A program made the position numbers and the translations under genes. A stretch of DNA of 34,199 nt from Chiloscyllium plagiosum (Eukaryota), in contig NC_057719.1 in NCBI RefSeq assembly GCF_004010195.1, positions 12,404,137 through 12,438,335 of the forward strand, written 5' to 3'. A model generated the notes under the pieces. It saw nothing but the letters and a program-made list of their open reading frames with translations, was not told the origin of the DNA and searched no databases. Positions 9,579-21,530 of this stretch are shown piece after piece (the stretch's first letter is position 1; each line of letters starts with the position of its first letter).

Positions 9579-11590
9579 CTACCAGTGAACCCCTTTTGTG
9601 AACGGAGGCCGCTTATCCCGGAGTGGTTAAAATAAAGTGTTGCAGAAGTTAAGCTGCTGCCTGCAGAATTGAACTGTAGGAACAAATTTCTCTCTCAAGT
9701 TTACCCTAAAATGACTAACCTGAGAGTAGGTTCACCTTTTGAGTTTGAGAATGAGAACTGTAGTGGTGGGTATTTTTATTGTTTTTCATCATCTTCCTGA
9801 ATTATTTGCCCATGGTTGCAAGATCTCTGCTCGAAAGAAATTAAACACATTTTAATTTCTTCTCGTCTTTGGAGCAGTAAGGAAAAAGACTTGCCTGGTA
9901 TTTATTTAAATACAATGAGCCATTAAATTCCATTTGCTGCATCGCAACAAACTTTGTTAGCCAGTGATGTTCTCAATATCTCAGCCTGTAGATCTGAATA
10001 CAAGACGGTGTTTTTAGAATCTTCTGTGTATCCTGCTCTTCATGCGTCATGCTCAAAAGATTGCCTTTCAAGATTACGCTCCAGTGAAGTTACTTTAATA
10101 ATCACCTGAGCTGTGCATCACCACCATTTTGAGAGTGACAAGAAGCCTGAAACAGAGCCGGTCCTGTGGTCTACAAGTGACAGAGCCAACTTTGCTTTCC
10201 CAGTGAGCCAGTAGGTCTAATAATGAAAGTCATTTAAGGTTTTGTGTATGCATCATTAAATATTTTCCAAACCCAAAACTCTTCTCCTCCCCCGTCCTAG
10301 AATTAGGTTTGAGTGCTGAGAATTACTGATAATGACATGCACAGGTGTTACACTTCGTGTTAAACAAAAGGTTATATCACCATGTCCTGTGCCCTGCATT
10401 CAGAATACTTTGAGTCAAACCTCTCAAATGAAATGTGGTCGGGGTGGCAGGTCAGAGTTAGGGAATAGAATATTTAGATCTTGCTCAGTTTCCTCTGTAC
10501 TCAGCTTCCGTCCTGGACCTCATGGTTTGAAGATGCAATGAATACTGGTCTATAATCCTGTCCACATTGGAACCAGAACTCAAAGGAAAAGCAACTCTGC
10601 ACGTCCACTTGGAACACTTTTCTAACCGTAGAGGACTATGGGATCTTTATATGGCTCAAAGGAAGCTGTCACTGAAAGAGGAACTTAACAAGCAGTTGGA
10701 ACCAAATATGATTGAAAAGTGGAGCTTCTACTAGGCTTGGTGGGTGAATCTTGGTTAAAAAGCCAAATAGACCAAAATTTCCAAGACTTAACCTGGTTTT
10801 TGCTAAGTTAAGTAATAGACTGGCAGATCAGCTGGGAAATCTGCTCCTGATCATTATTTACTAACTCCCTGATCAAATGTAACATGAGGTGACAACAAAA
10901 TTGAGCTGGGCTGTGATTTTCCTAATGTTGGAATAGCCAAACTCATGAACACAAAGTCCATTCAGATAAAGGGGAGAAGTGGCTGCTGTCCATGGAATTA
11001 TCATCTCCCAGTTCAGGAGGGCAAATTAAAAATGCAACAAGATTTTGTTTTGGGTCAAGTGCCCATGTGATGTATTTGAATGTGAACAGGAACATGGCAT
11101 TACAGAATTTAAAAATATTATTGTGAAATATATATATAATAGAGTACACCAATAATGGAAGTGTTAGAAAGCCTTGCAACTGAGGTGGTTATGACCCTCT
11201 ATAATATCAGTCATTACTTATGAATTTCAAATTGCAATATTCCATGTTAAGAAATTTTGTAGATTTTCAATAACCTTTTAAAGGTTTGTATGAAAGTTTG
11301 AAATTATTGAAGTTTCCTTTCAGAATTCAGGCAGTATTGCCTCTTAAAAAGCAGCATTGAACTTAATTTTAGTTCTTGCTAATGCCTAATTTCTTTTGAT
11401 TCTTCAATTTTTTTATTGGTCCAATTTGCTTTTCTAGCATCTATTCTAAGAGGCCTCGCTGTCCTCAGTGATGGATGATTACATCAATGAACAAGGACAC
11501 TGAATTTGTCTGCTTTATGCTTTTGAAGCAGTGTTTTGCATTTAAGGGTACTGATGTCCAGTTTTAATAAACTATAAGTTAGAAATATTT
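9579..11590 (+). other. ZNF410: Probable ZNF410 3' UTR
   Basis: About 2 kb with no recognisable TE in a TE-dense window. Contains ARE-like TATTTATTTAAA at 9899-9910 and ends at a poly(A) signal. Confidence 0.65.
11566..11571 (+). terminator. Likely distal ZNF410 polyadenylation signal
   Basis: AATAAA followed about 20 nt later by GT/T-rich TTTGTCGATGTTTGAGTTTTT. Confidence 0.6.
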
Positions 11591-11753
11591 GTCGATGTTT
11601 GAGTTTTTAATATCATTTATGAGACTTTCTTTTAACTCCATATGTTGTGACTTATACTGGGCTAAAGTACAAATTGTGGAAGTATAAATGATTGAATATT
11701 AGAAGGCTGTGTGTTTGTGGAGCTTTAACAATAACAGGCAGGAAGTCTGGCTG

Positions 11754-11967
11754 GGCAAATGTGAGGACTACAGATGCTGGAAATCAGAGTCTGGATTAGA
11801 GTGGTGCTGGAAAAGCACAGCAGGTCAGGCAGCATCCAAGGAGCAGGAAAATCAACGTTTCAGGCAAAAGTCATTCCTGATCAAGGGCTTTTGCCTGAAA
11901 CATCGATTTTCCTGCTCCTCAGATGCTGCCTGACCTGTTGTGCTTTTCCAGCACCACTCTAATCCAA
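11754..11967. mobile_element. Penelope-like hairpin element with 12-bp TSD; hammerhead core mutated
   Basis: GAAGTCTGGCTG occurs at 11742-11753 and 11968-11979. Inverted arms TGGATTAGAGTGGTGCTGG/CCAGCACCACTCTAATCCA with a one-sided tail. Core reads CTGATCA...GAAACATC. Confidence 0.88.
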
Positions 11968-12517
11968 GAAGTCTGGCTGTGTTACCTTTTCCGCCCTCCT
12001 GGTTTAGTACTCCAGCACCCCTCTGATTATGAATGTGTAGCTCTGCTTAGACTAATGAGCAACAGAAGCTTCAAACTGCCTGTCCATACTGCTTCACTTG
12101 ACCCTGTGCTCTAAAAAACATTTTCACATGAAACTTGGTCCATAATGGTCGCTTTAGAAGTGTGCAATGTCTTTCCGTAGTTTGAGAATCCAGTCACCCT
12201 AATTCCCAATGAAATTGCAATTGGAATTCAAGCTATTGTCCTCTGTACTTATAACCTTCATTGTTCTGTAGTGTGTGGTGGAAAACATGATTGAGGAGAT
12301 TGTCACTCCACAGCTTGAGAATCAGTGACTACCAGATAGACCACACAGCAGAACAATTTGGAAGAGAGAGTAGTCATAGTCCAAAAGGATATAAATGTCA
12401 TGAGTGGAAAAGTTGAGGTCCTTCAGGCAGATTTTAAGGAATGAGGAAAGAGATTAAAATGTAGGACTTCAAAAGTCATACCATATACTAGTGAGTACAG
12501 AAATTGGAGGATTGATA

Positions 12518-12822
12518 GGGGCGGCACGGTGGCTCAGTCGTTTGCACTGCTGCCTCACAGCACTAGAGTCCTGGTTCGATTCCAGCCTCGGGCGACTGTC
12601 TGTGTGGAGTTTGTACATTCTCCCTGTGTCTGCGTGGGTTTCCTCTGGGTGCTCTGGTTTCCTCCCACAGTCCAAAGATGTGCAGATCAAGTGAATTGGC
12701 CACGCTAAATTGCCCATATTAGATGCATTAGTCAGAGGGAAATGGGTCTGGGTGGGTTACTCTAGGTCGGTGTGGACAGGTTGGGCCGAAGGGCCTGTTT
12801 CCACACTTTAGGGAGTCTAATC
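12518..12822 (+). mobile_element. Full-length HE1-type (V-SINE) tRNA-derived SINE, inside a decayed CR1 ORF1 remnant (about 12240-12990)
   Basis: A box TGGCTCAGTCG (12530-12540) and B box GGTTCGATTCC (12573-12583). Core GCGTGGGTTTCCTCTGGGTGCTCTGGTTTCCTCCCACAGTCCAAAGA. CR1-like tail TGGGCCGAAGGGCCTGTTTCC. Confidence 0.92.
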
Positions 12823-13044
12823 ATTTGAGAAAAGGTGAACATGTGGCTAGAGAGATGGTGCCAGCAGATGAACTTTAGCTTTTTAGGGCAATAGGATTAA
12901 ATCTGGGAAACATGAAATCTATACACACCAATGCTTTGCACTGCAACAAAGCTACATCTAATGTCAGGAGAGATTTAAAGAACAACACTTTGGCTAATAA
13001 GTCTTAGTCCTTGGGTAAAATGTATAAAGTTTGATGTAATGTAA

Positions 13045-13585
13045 TAACTAGGAGCAGGAGTAGGCATTTCAGCCCCTTGATCCTGCTCCGCCATTTGATA
13101 TGAACATGGCTGATCTTATCTTGGCCTCGAGTCCACTTTCCTGCTGCCTCCATAACGCTTCAATCCACTGCTGATTAAAAATGTCTATCTCCTCCTTAAA
13201 TTGACTTTGTCCCAGCATCCACATTGGGATAGTGAATGTCAGATTCACAGCCCTTTGAGAGGAATAATTTCTCTTCTGTTTTAAATCTGCTACCCATTAT
13301 CCTAACATTATGACCCCTCAATCTAGATTGCCCCACATGAAGAAACATCCTCTCTATGTCTACTTTGTCTCCTTTAGCATGTTGTACCTCAAGATTGCCT
13401 CTCATTCGTCTATACTCCAAACAGCATAATCCCTCTTCAGAAGACAAGCCCCCATCTCTGGAATCAATCTAGTGAATGTCCCAATGGGACTATATTCTTC
13501 AAGTAAAGGGATCAAAATCATATGCAATGTGGTGTCAATAATGTCTTGTACAGTTGCAACAATACTTCCCTACTTTATATTGATT
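13045..13585 (-). mobile_element. CR1 LINE 3' fragment
   Basis: ORF 13196-13447 (LEYRRMRGNL...RGHNVRI) is a decayed ORF2 C-terminus. The tail resembles 33885-34199. Confidence 0.8.
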
Positions 13586-13619
13586 TAGAAATTGTAAAGG
13601 AATTATGAATGCACAGTCA

Positions 13620-14000
13620 TTCCAAGGCATTGGAAAGTTACCTCCAGGCAGTGGTGGTGGTCCCATGCATCTGCTGCCCTTGCTCTAGGTGGTTGAAGTT
13701 TCAGGTTAGAAAGTGCTCTTGAAAAAAATCATGGTGTTTCTGCAGTGCATCTTGTAGATTGTACATGCTGCTGCTGTGTATCAATCCTGGATCAATTGCA
13801 CACATCCAAGCAAGTAGACAGAATTACATCACACTCTGGCATATGCCTTGGAGATGGGAGATGAGCACTAGGGAGACTGGAAGTAAAATACTTTCCTCAG
13901 ATTTCTCAACTTCTGTCCTGCTCTTGTAGTCACTTTTTTATGTGGTTAGTCCAGTTCACTTAATGGTGATGTTGACAGTGGGGTTGCAGTGAGAGTAATT
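13620..14000 (-). mobile_element. LINE fragment of the 3160-3770 family
   Basis: CCCATGCATCTGCTGCCCTTG and TGCAGTGCATCTTGTAGA match 3390-3490. Confidence 0.7.
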
Positions 14001-14029
14001 GAATGTTAATGAGCAATTATTAACAATGG

Positions 14030-15110
14030 GAGCTTAACTTCAGTTGTTGGCAAATGATTGGAATCAATTCTGAGAGACATTATAACACTGCTTTTAAAAG
14101 CAATTAGTCAGGAAACTGAGTTTACAGGAAAGCCATGAACTTGACTTGGAAATTTTTGAGGAAGTACTAAAGTGGGTTGATGAGGGCAGTTGCAGTTGGA
14201 TGTGATCTACATAGATTTTAGCAAGGTTTTTGACAAGGTCTTTCGTGCCAGGCTGTAAGCAATCTGGCAGATTCAAGCCAAAATTAGAACCAAAAACAAA
14301 TTGCAGAAAAATTGCTCAGCAAGTCTTGCAACATCTGTGAAGAGAAATCCAAGTTAACGTTTTGGATCAAGTGACCCTCAGACTGGGATCCAAAATGAGT
14401 TCAGTACCAGGAGACAGGATTGTGGTTTGTGTGTTTTTGTGAGTGAGAGGCTGTTACCAATGAGGTTCCACAGGGCTCAGTACTTATCCCTTGCTCTTTG
14501 TGGTTTACACTAATAATCTAGACTCAAATAGTGGGAATGTTCAAGAATCACCATTAAGTGAACTGCAGATAATACAGAAGTTGGCTGTACTGTTGATATT
14601 GACCAAGAAAGCTATAGACTGCATGAAGGTTTGGATTGTCTGGGCAGTTGACAGAAGGTGGAAAATGGAATTCAGTTTGGAGAAGTGTGAAGTAATGCAT
14701 TTTGACAAGTGGGAGAAAATCATAAATGTGAGGTTCCTAAATAGTGTGGATAAATTAAGGAACTTTGGAGTACATGGCCACAGAATCTTAAAGGTAGCAG
14801 ACAGGCTAATAAAGATGGTTAAGGCAGCACTGGCCACGTTTTCCTTTATTAGCTGAAGCACTGCATATCAGGGCAGGAAAGTTATCCTAGAACAACTATT
14901 TAGATCACATATTGAGAACTTTGAGCGCTGATTTAATTGAGCTGTATAAACGGAGGGCTGTGTGTGTAAATTGGGGTGACCTATTTAAATCTAGGTAAAA
15001 TAATGGAAAAATTAGAGGGGGAAATTAAACATTTTTTCAGTGATTGAGCGGTAGGGTGTGAATCTCATTGCCTGAAAGGGTGGTTCAGGCAAAAGTTCTT
15101 ATCACGTTTT
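14030..15110 (+). mobile_element. Degenerate CR1 RT fragment with an old Penelope-like arm inserted at about 14283-14381
   Basis: IYIDFSKVFDKV, GTTCCACAGGGCTCAGTACT (VPQGSV), WKMEFSLEKCEVMHF. The insert GCTCAGCAAGTCTTGCAACATCTGTG...GTTAACGTTTTG resembles 746-905. Confidence 0.8.
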
Positions 15111-17329
15111 TGAGGGGAGACGGGGATCAATTATTTCATTGCTTGGAAAGCCAAGATTGCAGAAGTAGGACCCACTCTGGGTCTCCGGAGGGCTGAAAGC
15201 TACCCTGTAGTATAAGTTTTCTGTGACTGCCATTATAGTCCAGTTACAGACAGCACTGCACTACAGCACACAGAGGAAACCAACTCCTGCCTTTATATGA
15301 CATTCCTTTTATTGTTTTTCTTATTTCCCCAAAAGTACAGGCTCTCCTGGGTGTCTGCTAATGCAACTCTATACCAATACAAGAGCTACAGGAGAATTGT
15401 CAAAATTACAACACAAACAATTCACCTAGATGGGTGCTGGTGGTATTTTGCCTTCATAAGAATTGAATACCTTGTCCATCAGCTATTGTTATTGTTTTTC
15501 CTGTCTCTGAGGAAGTACTTGGCTTTTTAAAACACAAATTATACAATTTAGTTTGGTTTTGGAGATGTGTAGTTTTATCCTGTCATAGAATGTTGAATTG
15601 TTGGAGCATTGCTTCATTTTCCTTTTAAACCAGCATCCACATCCTCTTAATTAAGGGAAGTAAAGAGATAATTAGCTACCTTTCCATCTGTTCCCTATCG
15701 AGGATGAATCAAAACTGGGTCTGGGATTAAGTGGGAGGCATAGTTTAGAAGCTGTGAAAAGGCTGCCTTGGGAGGTGGAAAGGAGCATGGTTATCTCCGT
15801 GATGAAATTTAGATCACAGATAACCATGCTGAGATAGTAGATGAAAGGACATGGACCTAGTCCAGCACACTCTTGATCACCAGTGAGAATAATTGGTAGG
15901 AAGCGGAATTGGTTCAGAGTAATGCGGATTATGAATGTGTGGTTACCAGAAGAGAATCTGATCAAGGAAGAAATAATGATGAAAAACAATCCATGGCTAG
16001 ATAATTTTATTTATATAGATAGAATGGTATTTGCTTTTCAGAGTGAAACGTTTTGTAAAACACGTAAGGTCAGTTGTGTTAAGTGAACAGGTGTGAGACA
16101 GACTCTGGAACAACTGATGGGAACAATAATTATCTACATGTAGGTTGCTGCATTCTGTGCACTTGCCAGCTGATCTTATATTTCTGCAAAAATGAAGATT
16201 CTAAACTTGTGAGCAATATTAACATATTTTTGATCAAAATTTATGATATGAAATTCAAAAAATACACTATAGACAACATAAGGAGTGAACATTATTTTAC
16301 ATAGTGAATATTCTAGTAAAATGTGTATAGTGTTACTTTCCAAGAAAATTTTTGAAAAAAAAAATCACAATTACAGCAAAAAGAACAATGTTTAAGAGCA
16401 TAACTATAGTTAACCTTTCTGTATTCTGTAGCAAGGGACTAATTTAGAGAGCTATCATAAACTATGACTTGCATGAGAGTTCATGTGACCCATCAATCTA
16501 GCCAATTATATAATGAATACATTTTCCAGTTAAAAGCTGAATCTAAACACTGTGTACAAAAAGAAACACAATTAATCCATAACAAAAATAAGGAATGGCA
16601 AATCGGTTCAATGATCTCGCTGTTGTACACTGGAATAATTTTTTCTCATAAGCAAGTAACTTTCTGAAGTAAAATTCAGAGACATTTACGAGGCAAAAAA
16701 GGTGCCAGCTTCTGGTACTAAACAGGTAGGATTATTGAGCTTGGCTGTGAAGGGATTTTGCTTGATCAAAGCTCTTGCAAAATGTCTTGCAATGTTTTAC
16801 TACATAGAAGGTACTATATAAATAGAGTGCAGAGAGAATAAGTCAGTAGTAAAGTTACTTCTGTCAATAGAGTCTCATAGTTCAAGGAGAACAAAAAGGA
16901 AAGGACGAGTAGATTGGAAGTATTTTCTTCCCTCACAATAATACGTTGTTACCTCAACCTGGTTGTGCACGAAGATAAAAACTTGAGACTTTCTTTTAAA
17001 CTTGCATTTGACGGTTTCAGATTCTGATTTATTTTGTGAAAAGGAGTTTTTTTTTAAACATCACTACTTAGTTCGCACAGCAAAACAAATTTTTAAAAAG
17101 AAACAAAAACCTGAAGATTGGAGTGTTAAAATAAACTTTTAAAAACCTTGAATGGATAGTTATTCATGTTTTTTATCCCAGCAAAAAGGTTATATGGACA
17201 TTTTAAACTAATATTAATTGCTGTGTTCATAACTTAGTAATTGGTAGCCTAGATAAATTGAACAAACATTAGCCAGAGAAGAAACTTACTTATTAATGAG
17301 TTGGAACTGCAAGTGATGCATTTGTAAGA

Positions 17330-17790
17330 GATTAAAGGGTAATCTATTGTACATGTAGAGGGGCAGGACAAATACTTCAAAAATCTTTAGCATGTAAAAC
17401 TAAAGCTCATTAGATTGGGTAATATACTGACGGATAGAGAACTGATTAGAAGACAGAAAACCAAAGGAAATAATAAACTGGTCCTTTTCCAAGTGACAGC
17501 CAGCGATTATTATGGTCCTGCAGGAATCAGTACTGCTTGGACTTCAGCTATTCACAAAATACATTGAGTTAGATGAAAGAATTCAATGTAATATCTCCAA
17601 ATTTGCAGGTGAGACAAAGCTGGAAGAGTGAATTGTGAGCAGGAGGCGGAGGTGTTGCGATGTGATTTGGACAAGTTGAGTGGACAAATTATGGCAGATG
17701 AAATTTATGGATAAATGAGGTTATCCACTTTGATAGCAAGAACAGGAAGGCCAATTATCATCTGAATGGCAATAGTTTGGGAAAGGGGGA
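17330..17790 (+). mobile_element. Degenerate CR1 RT fragment
   Basis: TCCAAATTTGCAGGTGAGACAAAGCTG (SKFADDTKL-like) and GAGGTTATCCACTTTG (EVIHF). Confidence 0.75.
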
Positions 17791-18110
17791 TGTTAGCGAG
17801 TTTTGAGAAGATTTGTAGCTCAGGTTGAGGTTCTAGATGTAGGTTTGCTCGCTGAGCTAGAAAGTTTGTTTTCAGAGGTTTCATCACCATATTAGGTAAC
17901 ATCATCAGTGAGCCTCCGGATAAGCCTCCACTTTCTATTTATGTCTTTCAAGTTCATTAGCTGCTGTTTTAGAGCGCTTGATGGGTTTGTAGGCTACCAG
18001 GCTCTGGCTCAGGAGTTCTACTCCACTATCATCTTGGAGTTAGTTCGATTGAAGTAATGGATTGTTGATAGTTTTTATGTGCTGGATGTTAGTGACAGGG
18101 TCACAACTAA
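17791..18110 (-). mobile_element. Internally deleted Penelope-like retroelement: ORF remnant plus pseudo-LTR with hammerhead motif
   Basis: The - strand 18000-17943 reads LVAYKPI then, after a frameshift, LKQQLMNLKD, resembling the RT to GIY-YIG linker. The - strand 17911-17872 reads TCA-CTGATGA-TGTTACC-TAATAT-GGTGAT-GAAA-CC-TC-TGA. Confidence 0.75.
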
Positions 18111-18354
18111 GAGCAAGAATAAGCCCTTCAAATCTGCTCTGAAATTCAGTGTGATCATGGCTGATCCTGTACCTTATTGCTATATTCAAGCTTTCACCCC
18201 ATATCCATTGCCTTTGAAATCACAAAGAAAGTCTGTCTTCATTGAATATATTCAGGTTACTTGGCCTCCACAACCTTCTGTGGTAGATATTTTCACATGT
18301 TCACTACTGGTTTTGAGTGAAGAAATTTTTGCTCATCTCACAGTCCTACATTAC

Positions 18355-18911
18355 ATAAGTACAGTGAAAAGATTACAAGTCGCCACTTAAGTATCTTTGT
18401 ACCTAAGGTGATGCCATAAGTGCAGAGTCTTTGGTATAAATTTTTTTTAAAATAAGTTTTAAAAAAAGTTCAGACAAATAAAATAGAAAAATAAAGAAAA
18501 AGTACACAATTTACAGCCCTTCCACCTCAGTACACGCAGGACCTCACCTCCAGTCGGAGCACTGGGGCCTTGTCTTCAGTCCACACATTGGGCCCTATCC
18601 ACACAGAGTTGCAGAGCCCCACTCTGGACTCAGCCGCTATGCCACCGACTGCCGGAGTTGTGCCCAGGCACACCAGCCACCTCATCGACAACTAACAACG
18701 TCTCCGCTCCTGGTCCCCAGCTGCTGCCATCGCCACCACTGCCTCTATGACAGCTCCCTCCAGAAGGAAGCAGAGGGGTAAAAAAGGCTAAAAAGAACTT
18801 AAAAAAAGGGAAGAAAAAAGTGAGAAAGGAATAAAAAAAAACAATAAAATAAAGAAAGAAAAGCAGTGCACATGCACTCCTGCTCAGGAACCCTACTCCA
18901 CTGCCATCATG
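18355..18911 (-). mobile_element. Probable non-autonomous LINE-derived element (Rex1-like 3' end), following a CR1 3' remnant (18110-18350)
   Basis: The - strand starts ATGATGGCAGTGGAG (YY1-like), has T-rich tracts and a GC-rich middle, and ends CTTTTCACTGTAC. CATTAC lies on both sides (18349-18354, 18912-18917). Confidence 0.5.
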
Positions 18912-19414
18912 CATTACGGTTTCCTGTCTGATTATAGTCTATTTAATCTAAGCAGGGAAAGCATTAGTTTGTCCAGCCTATGTGCATTGTCAGATTGTCA
19001 ATACTGATCAATGACAGAATGACAACATTCTAGACTAACATGCATTACCTTGATGCTGATGATCAAACCAAAATCTTTACAGATGTGGCTGCTGAACGTG
19101 TAAAAGGAAATTCCTTAGTTTCTTCAGTTATTGGATAATAGAATAGGGAATTGCTCATTTTTAGTGTGCTTTCTCTAAGCTTAACAGATTTATTTTTACT
19201 ATTATTTAGTAGTGCTAAAAAGAGTCATTGGTTACCTAGTTTTCAGTTAGAATATGTAAAGTATTGGATTTAAGGACAGGAAACATTTGAAGGGCTGTCG
19301 GGGGAGCAGGAGTAAAAAGTAGGGGTGTTCCAAAGAGTTGGATAGTTCTTACAATCAATGGTCTTAACAGACTGAATAGCCTCTTCTTAAGAGAAGGTAT
19401 ACTTTACTTTCTAG

Positions 19415-19420
19415 TTTATT
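19415..19420 (-). terminator. Candidate FAM161B polyadenylation signal (alternatives at 19752-19757 and 19189-19194)
   Basis: AATAAA on the - strand, closing about 400 nt of unique sequence after the stop. A TE remnant begins just beyond it. Confidence 0.45.
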
Positions 19421-19815
19421 AACACGTCGATACCCAGCAGGAACGTCCTTCGCTCAAGTACATTATGTCCTTCAAACATGTCAAATGCAAAACTTTACAT
19501 TAAATGTACAAAAGAGACATGGATGTAACTTGTGAAATAATATATTAAACTGATCAAAGCAAAATTCAGGTAGTTCATCAATGCTACGTCAGTAATTTTA
19601 AGAGCTGTGTGTGCTTGGATTCTGAAATGATATGTTTCCAAGGTATAGTGTACATTGGTAATTGGCTCACATTATGCTTGCTAACATATCTACATCAAAA
19701 CACAGGCTGGAGTAATTGTAATTGCAAACCTAATGTAGAAAGAGTGAATAATTTATTGTTGTCTTTCTTTTAACTGAAGGCTAGAACGATTACTATTATT
19801 TACAGTTTGAATTTC

Positions 19816-19936
19816 TTAGTAAGGATCGTCATCTTGTTCTCCATCCTTCTTTGGAATAATTTTTTCCTCATCTACTCCCACTGGTTTGATACTTTCTGAA
19901 GGCTCACTTGTCTCGTCACTCTCCTGGTTTTCTCTG
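19816..19936 (-). CDS. FAM161B: FAM161B terminal coding exon (121 nt to TAA)
   Basis: Acceptor TTTTGTTCCATAG. Phase 2 matches the upstream exon. Translates (S)RENQESDETSEPSESIKPVGVDEEKIIPKKDGEQDDDPY*, an acidic tail. No direct homology was recognised. Confidence 0.75.
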
Positions 19937-20565
19937 CTATGGAACAAAATGCAGATTGCCTTTAGTTCTTAATTAGAGCCAAGTAGCATAAGTGGGATCC
20001 TCAAAAGGAACAGATGCATATCAAATCAACCGATAAGTGATGCGAATTTGCTATATTTATTATAGCAATTCCAGTGATTCTTTTGCAAATCTAGCTCTGA
20101 ATCATCTCACATTTTGTGGTTTTGAAAGTTCAGAACTAGATTTCACAAAATAAATCTTAAATCTCAAACATGTCAAATGCCATCCTTGCCAAGTACCAAC
20201 CTGAGCAAGTTATTTAGTTCCCATTCATGAATTAAAACTTCTGTAGACCAATGATTTAGCACCTGGGTATTCAGCTTACCACAAGATATTTTTTAAAAAT
20301 GCGAACACGATAGGGATAAACACATTGAAGCATTTAAATTAATAAAGGGATTCAATAGAATAGGTACAAGTAACTTTCCTCTGGCATGGGAAATCAAGAG
20401 GGGGCATAATCTTGAAATTAGAGCACGGTATGTTAATAGAAATCTGTAATTCTTTCCCTCAAAACATGATGAATACTCAATAATGCAACTTCCAAGTTGT
20501 TGGATGAAGTGATGGATGGTATCATCAACAATGGCCATAAAGCAGAATTTGCTTAGCATTTGCTT

Positions 20566-20729
20566 AGTCCAAAAACATGCAGGTTAGGTGAATTGGCCAT
20601 GCTAAATTGCCCGTAGTGTTGGGTGAAAGGGTAAATGTAGGGGACTGGGTCTGGGTGGGTTGCTCTTTGGAGGGTCGGTATGGGCTTGTTGGGCCGAAGG
20701 GCCTGTTTCCACACTGTAAGTAATCTAAG
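20566..20729 (+). mobile_element. HE1-type SINE, 3' half
   Basis: GTGAATTGGCCATGCTAAATTGCCC...TTGGGCCGAAGGGCCTGTTTCCACACTG matches 12690-12810. Confidence 0.88.
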
Positions 20730-20829
20730 CTGATCACTATGTTTGGTTTCAGTTCTGCCAGTGCCAGTCATCATATGACATTATTTAAAACCTTGGTTCA
20801 AACTCAGACAAAAATGCTGAATTCCAGAG

Positions 20830-21525
20830 CTGAGATGTGAGTAACTGCCTTGACATCAAGGCCACATATGACCAAATGAAGCATCAAGGAGCCCAAGCAA
20901 AACTGGAGTCATTAGGAAATATTCTCCACAGGTTGGAATCATGTCTTGCATTAAAGGATAATAGCTGTGATTATTGGAGGTCAGTCATCCCACCTCCAAG
21001 ACATCTTTGCAGGAGTTCCTCAGCTTTGGCATTTTCTAGCCAACCTGCTCAGAGATGTTTTTACACACTTCTGGAGCAGGTGGGTCTTGAATCCAGATTT
21101 TCTGGCTCAGAGCTAGGGTTGCCACCACTGTACCACAAGAGCCCCAAGTTATTCAGTTGGGCTGAGGACACTATCTTCAGCAGCTTCATAAATAACCTTC
21201 CTTTGAAGTGGGATTATTTGCTAATGATTGGAAAATGTTCAGCACTATTTGTCATTCCTCACACACCGAAGCTTATCGTGTCCAAGTGCAGCAAGACAAT
21301 ATCCAGGTTTGGATTGAAAAGGGGCGAGTAACATACACACAACATATGTGCCAGGCAATGAAATCACAGAGTGAAATTAACCATCGTTCCTTGACATTCA
21401 ATAGCATTACCCAATTCCCTCCTGGCAGTGTCCTGGACTTTACTATTAACCAGAAATTGAACTAGCCTAGATATATAAATATTGTGGATACAGTGTGGTG
21501 AGAAACTGATTGCTTAGCTCCCCAA
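20830..21525 (+). mobile_element. LINE RT fragment with nested short SINE
   Basis: CLDIKATYDQMKHQG, GGAGTTCCTCAG (GVPQ), TIFSSFINNLP and MGLFAND are decayed RT motifs. Confidence 0.75.
21025..21145 (-). mobile_element. Short (about 120 bp) tRNA-derived SINE
   Basis: The - strand has A box TGGTACAGTGG (21135-21125) and B-box-like GGATTCAAGACCC (21094-21082). It interrupts the GVPQGSVLGP region of the host LINE. Confidence 0.7.
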
Positions 21526-21530
21526 AGTAC

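Noticed and set aside
12518..12590. tRNA gene
   Set aside because: The A and B boxes belong to a SINE head that continues into the HE1 body and a LINE-like tail.
15297..15430. Possible alternative + strand terminal exon after a pyrimidine tract and AG
   Set aside because: The translations I checked show no similarity to ZNF410, and the site lies beyond the likely poly(A) signal.
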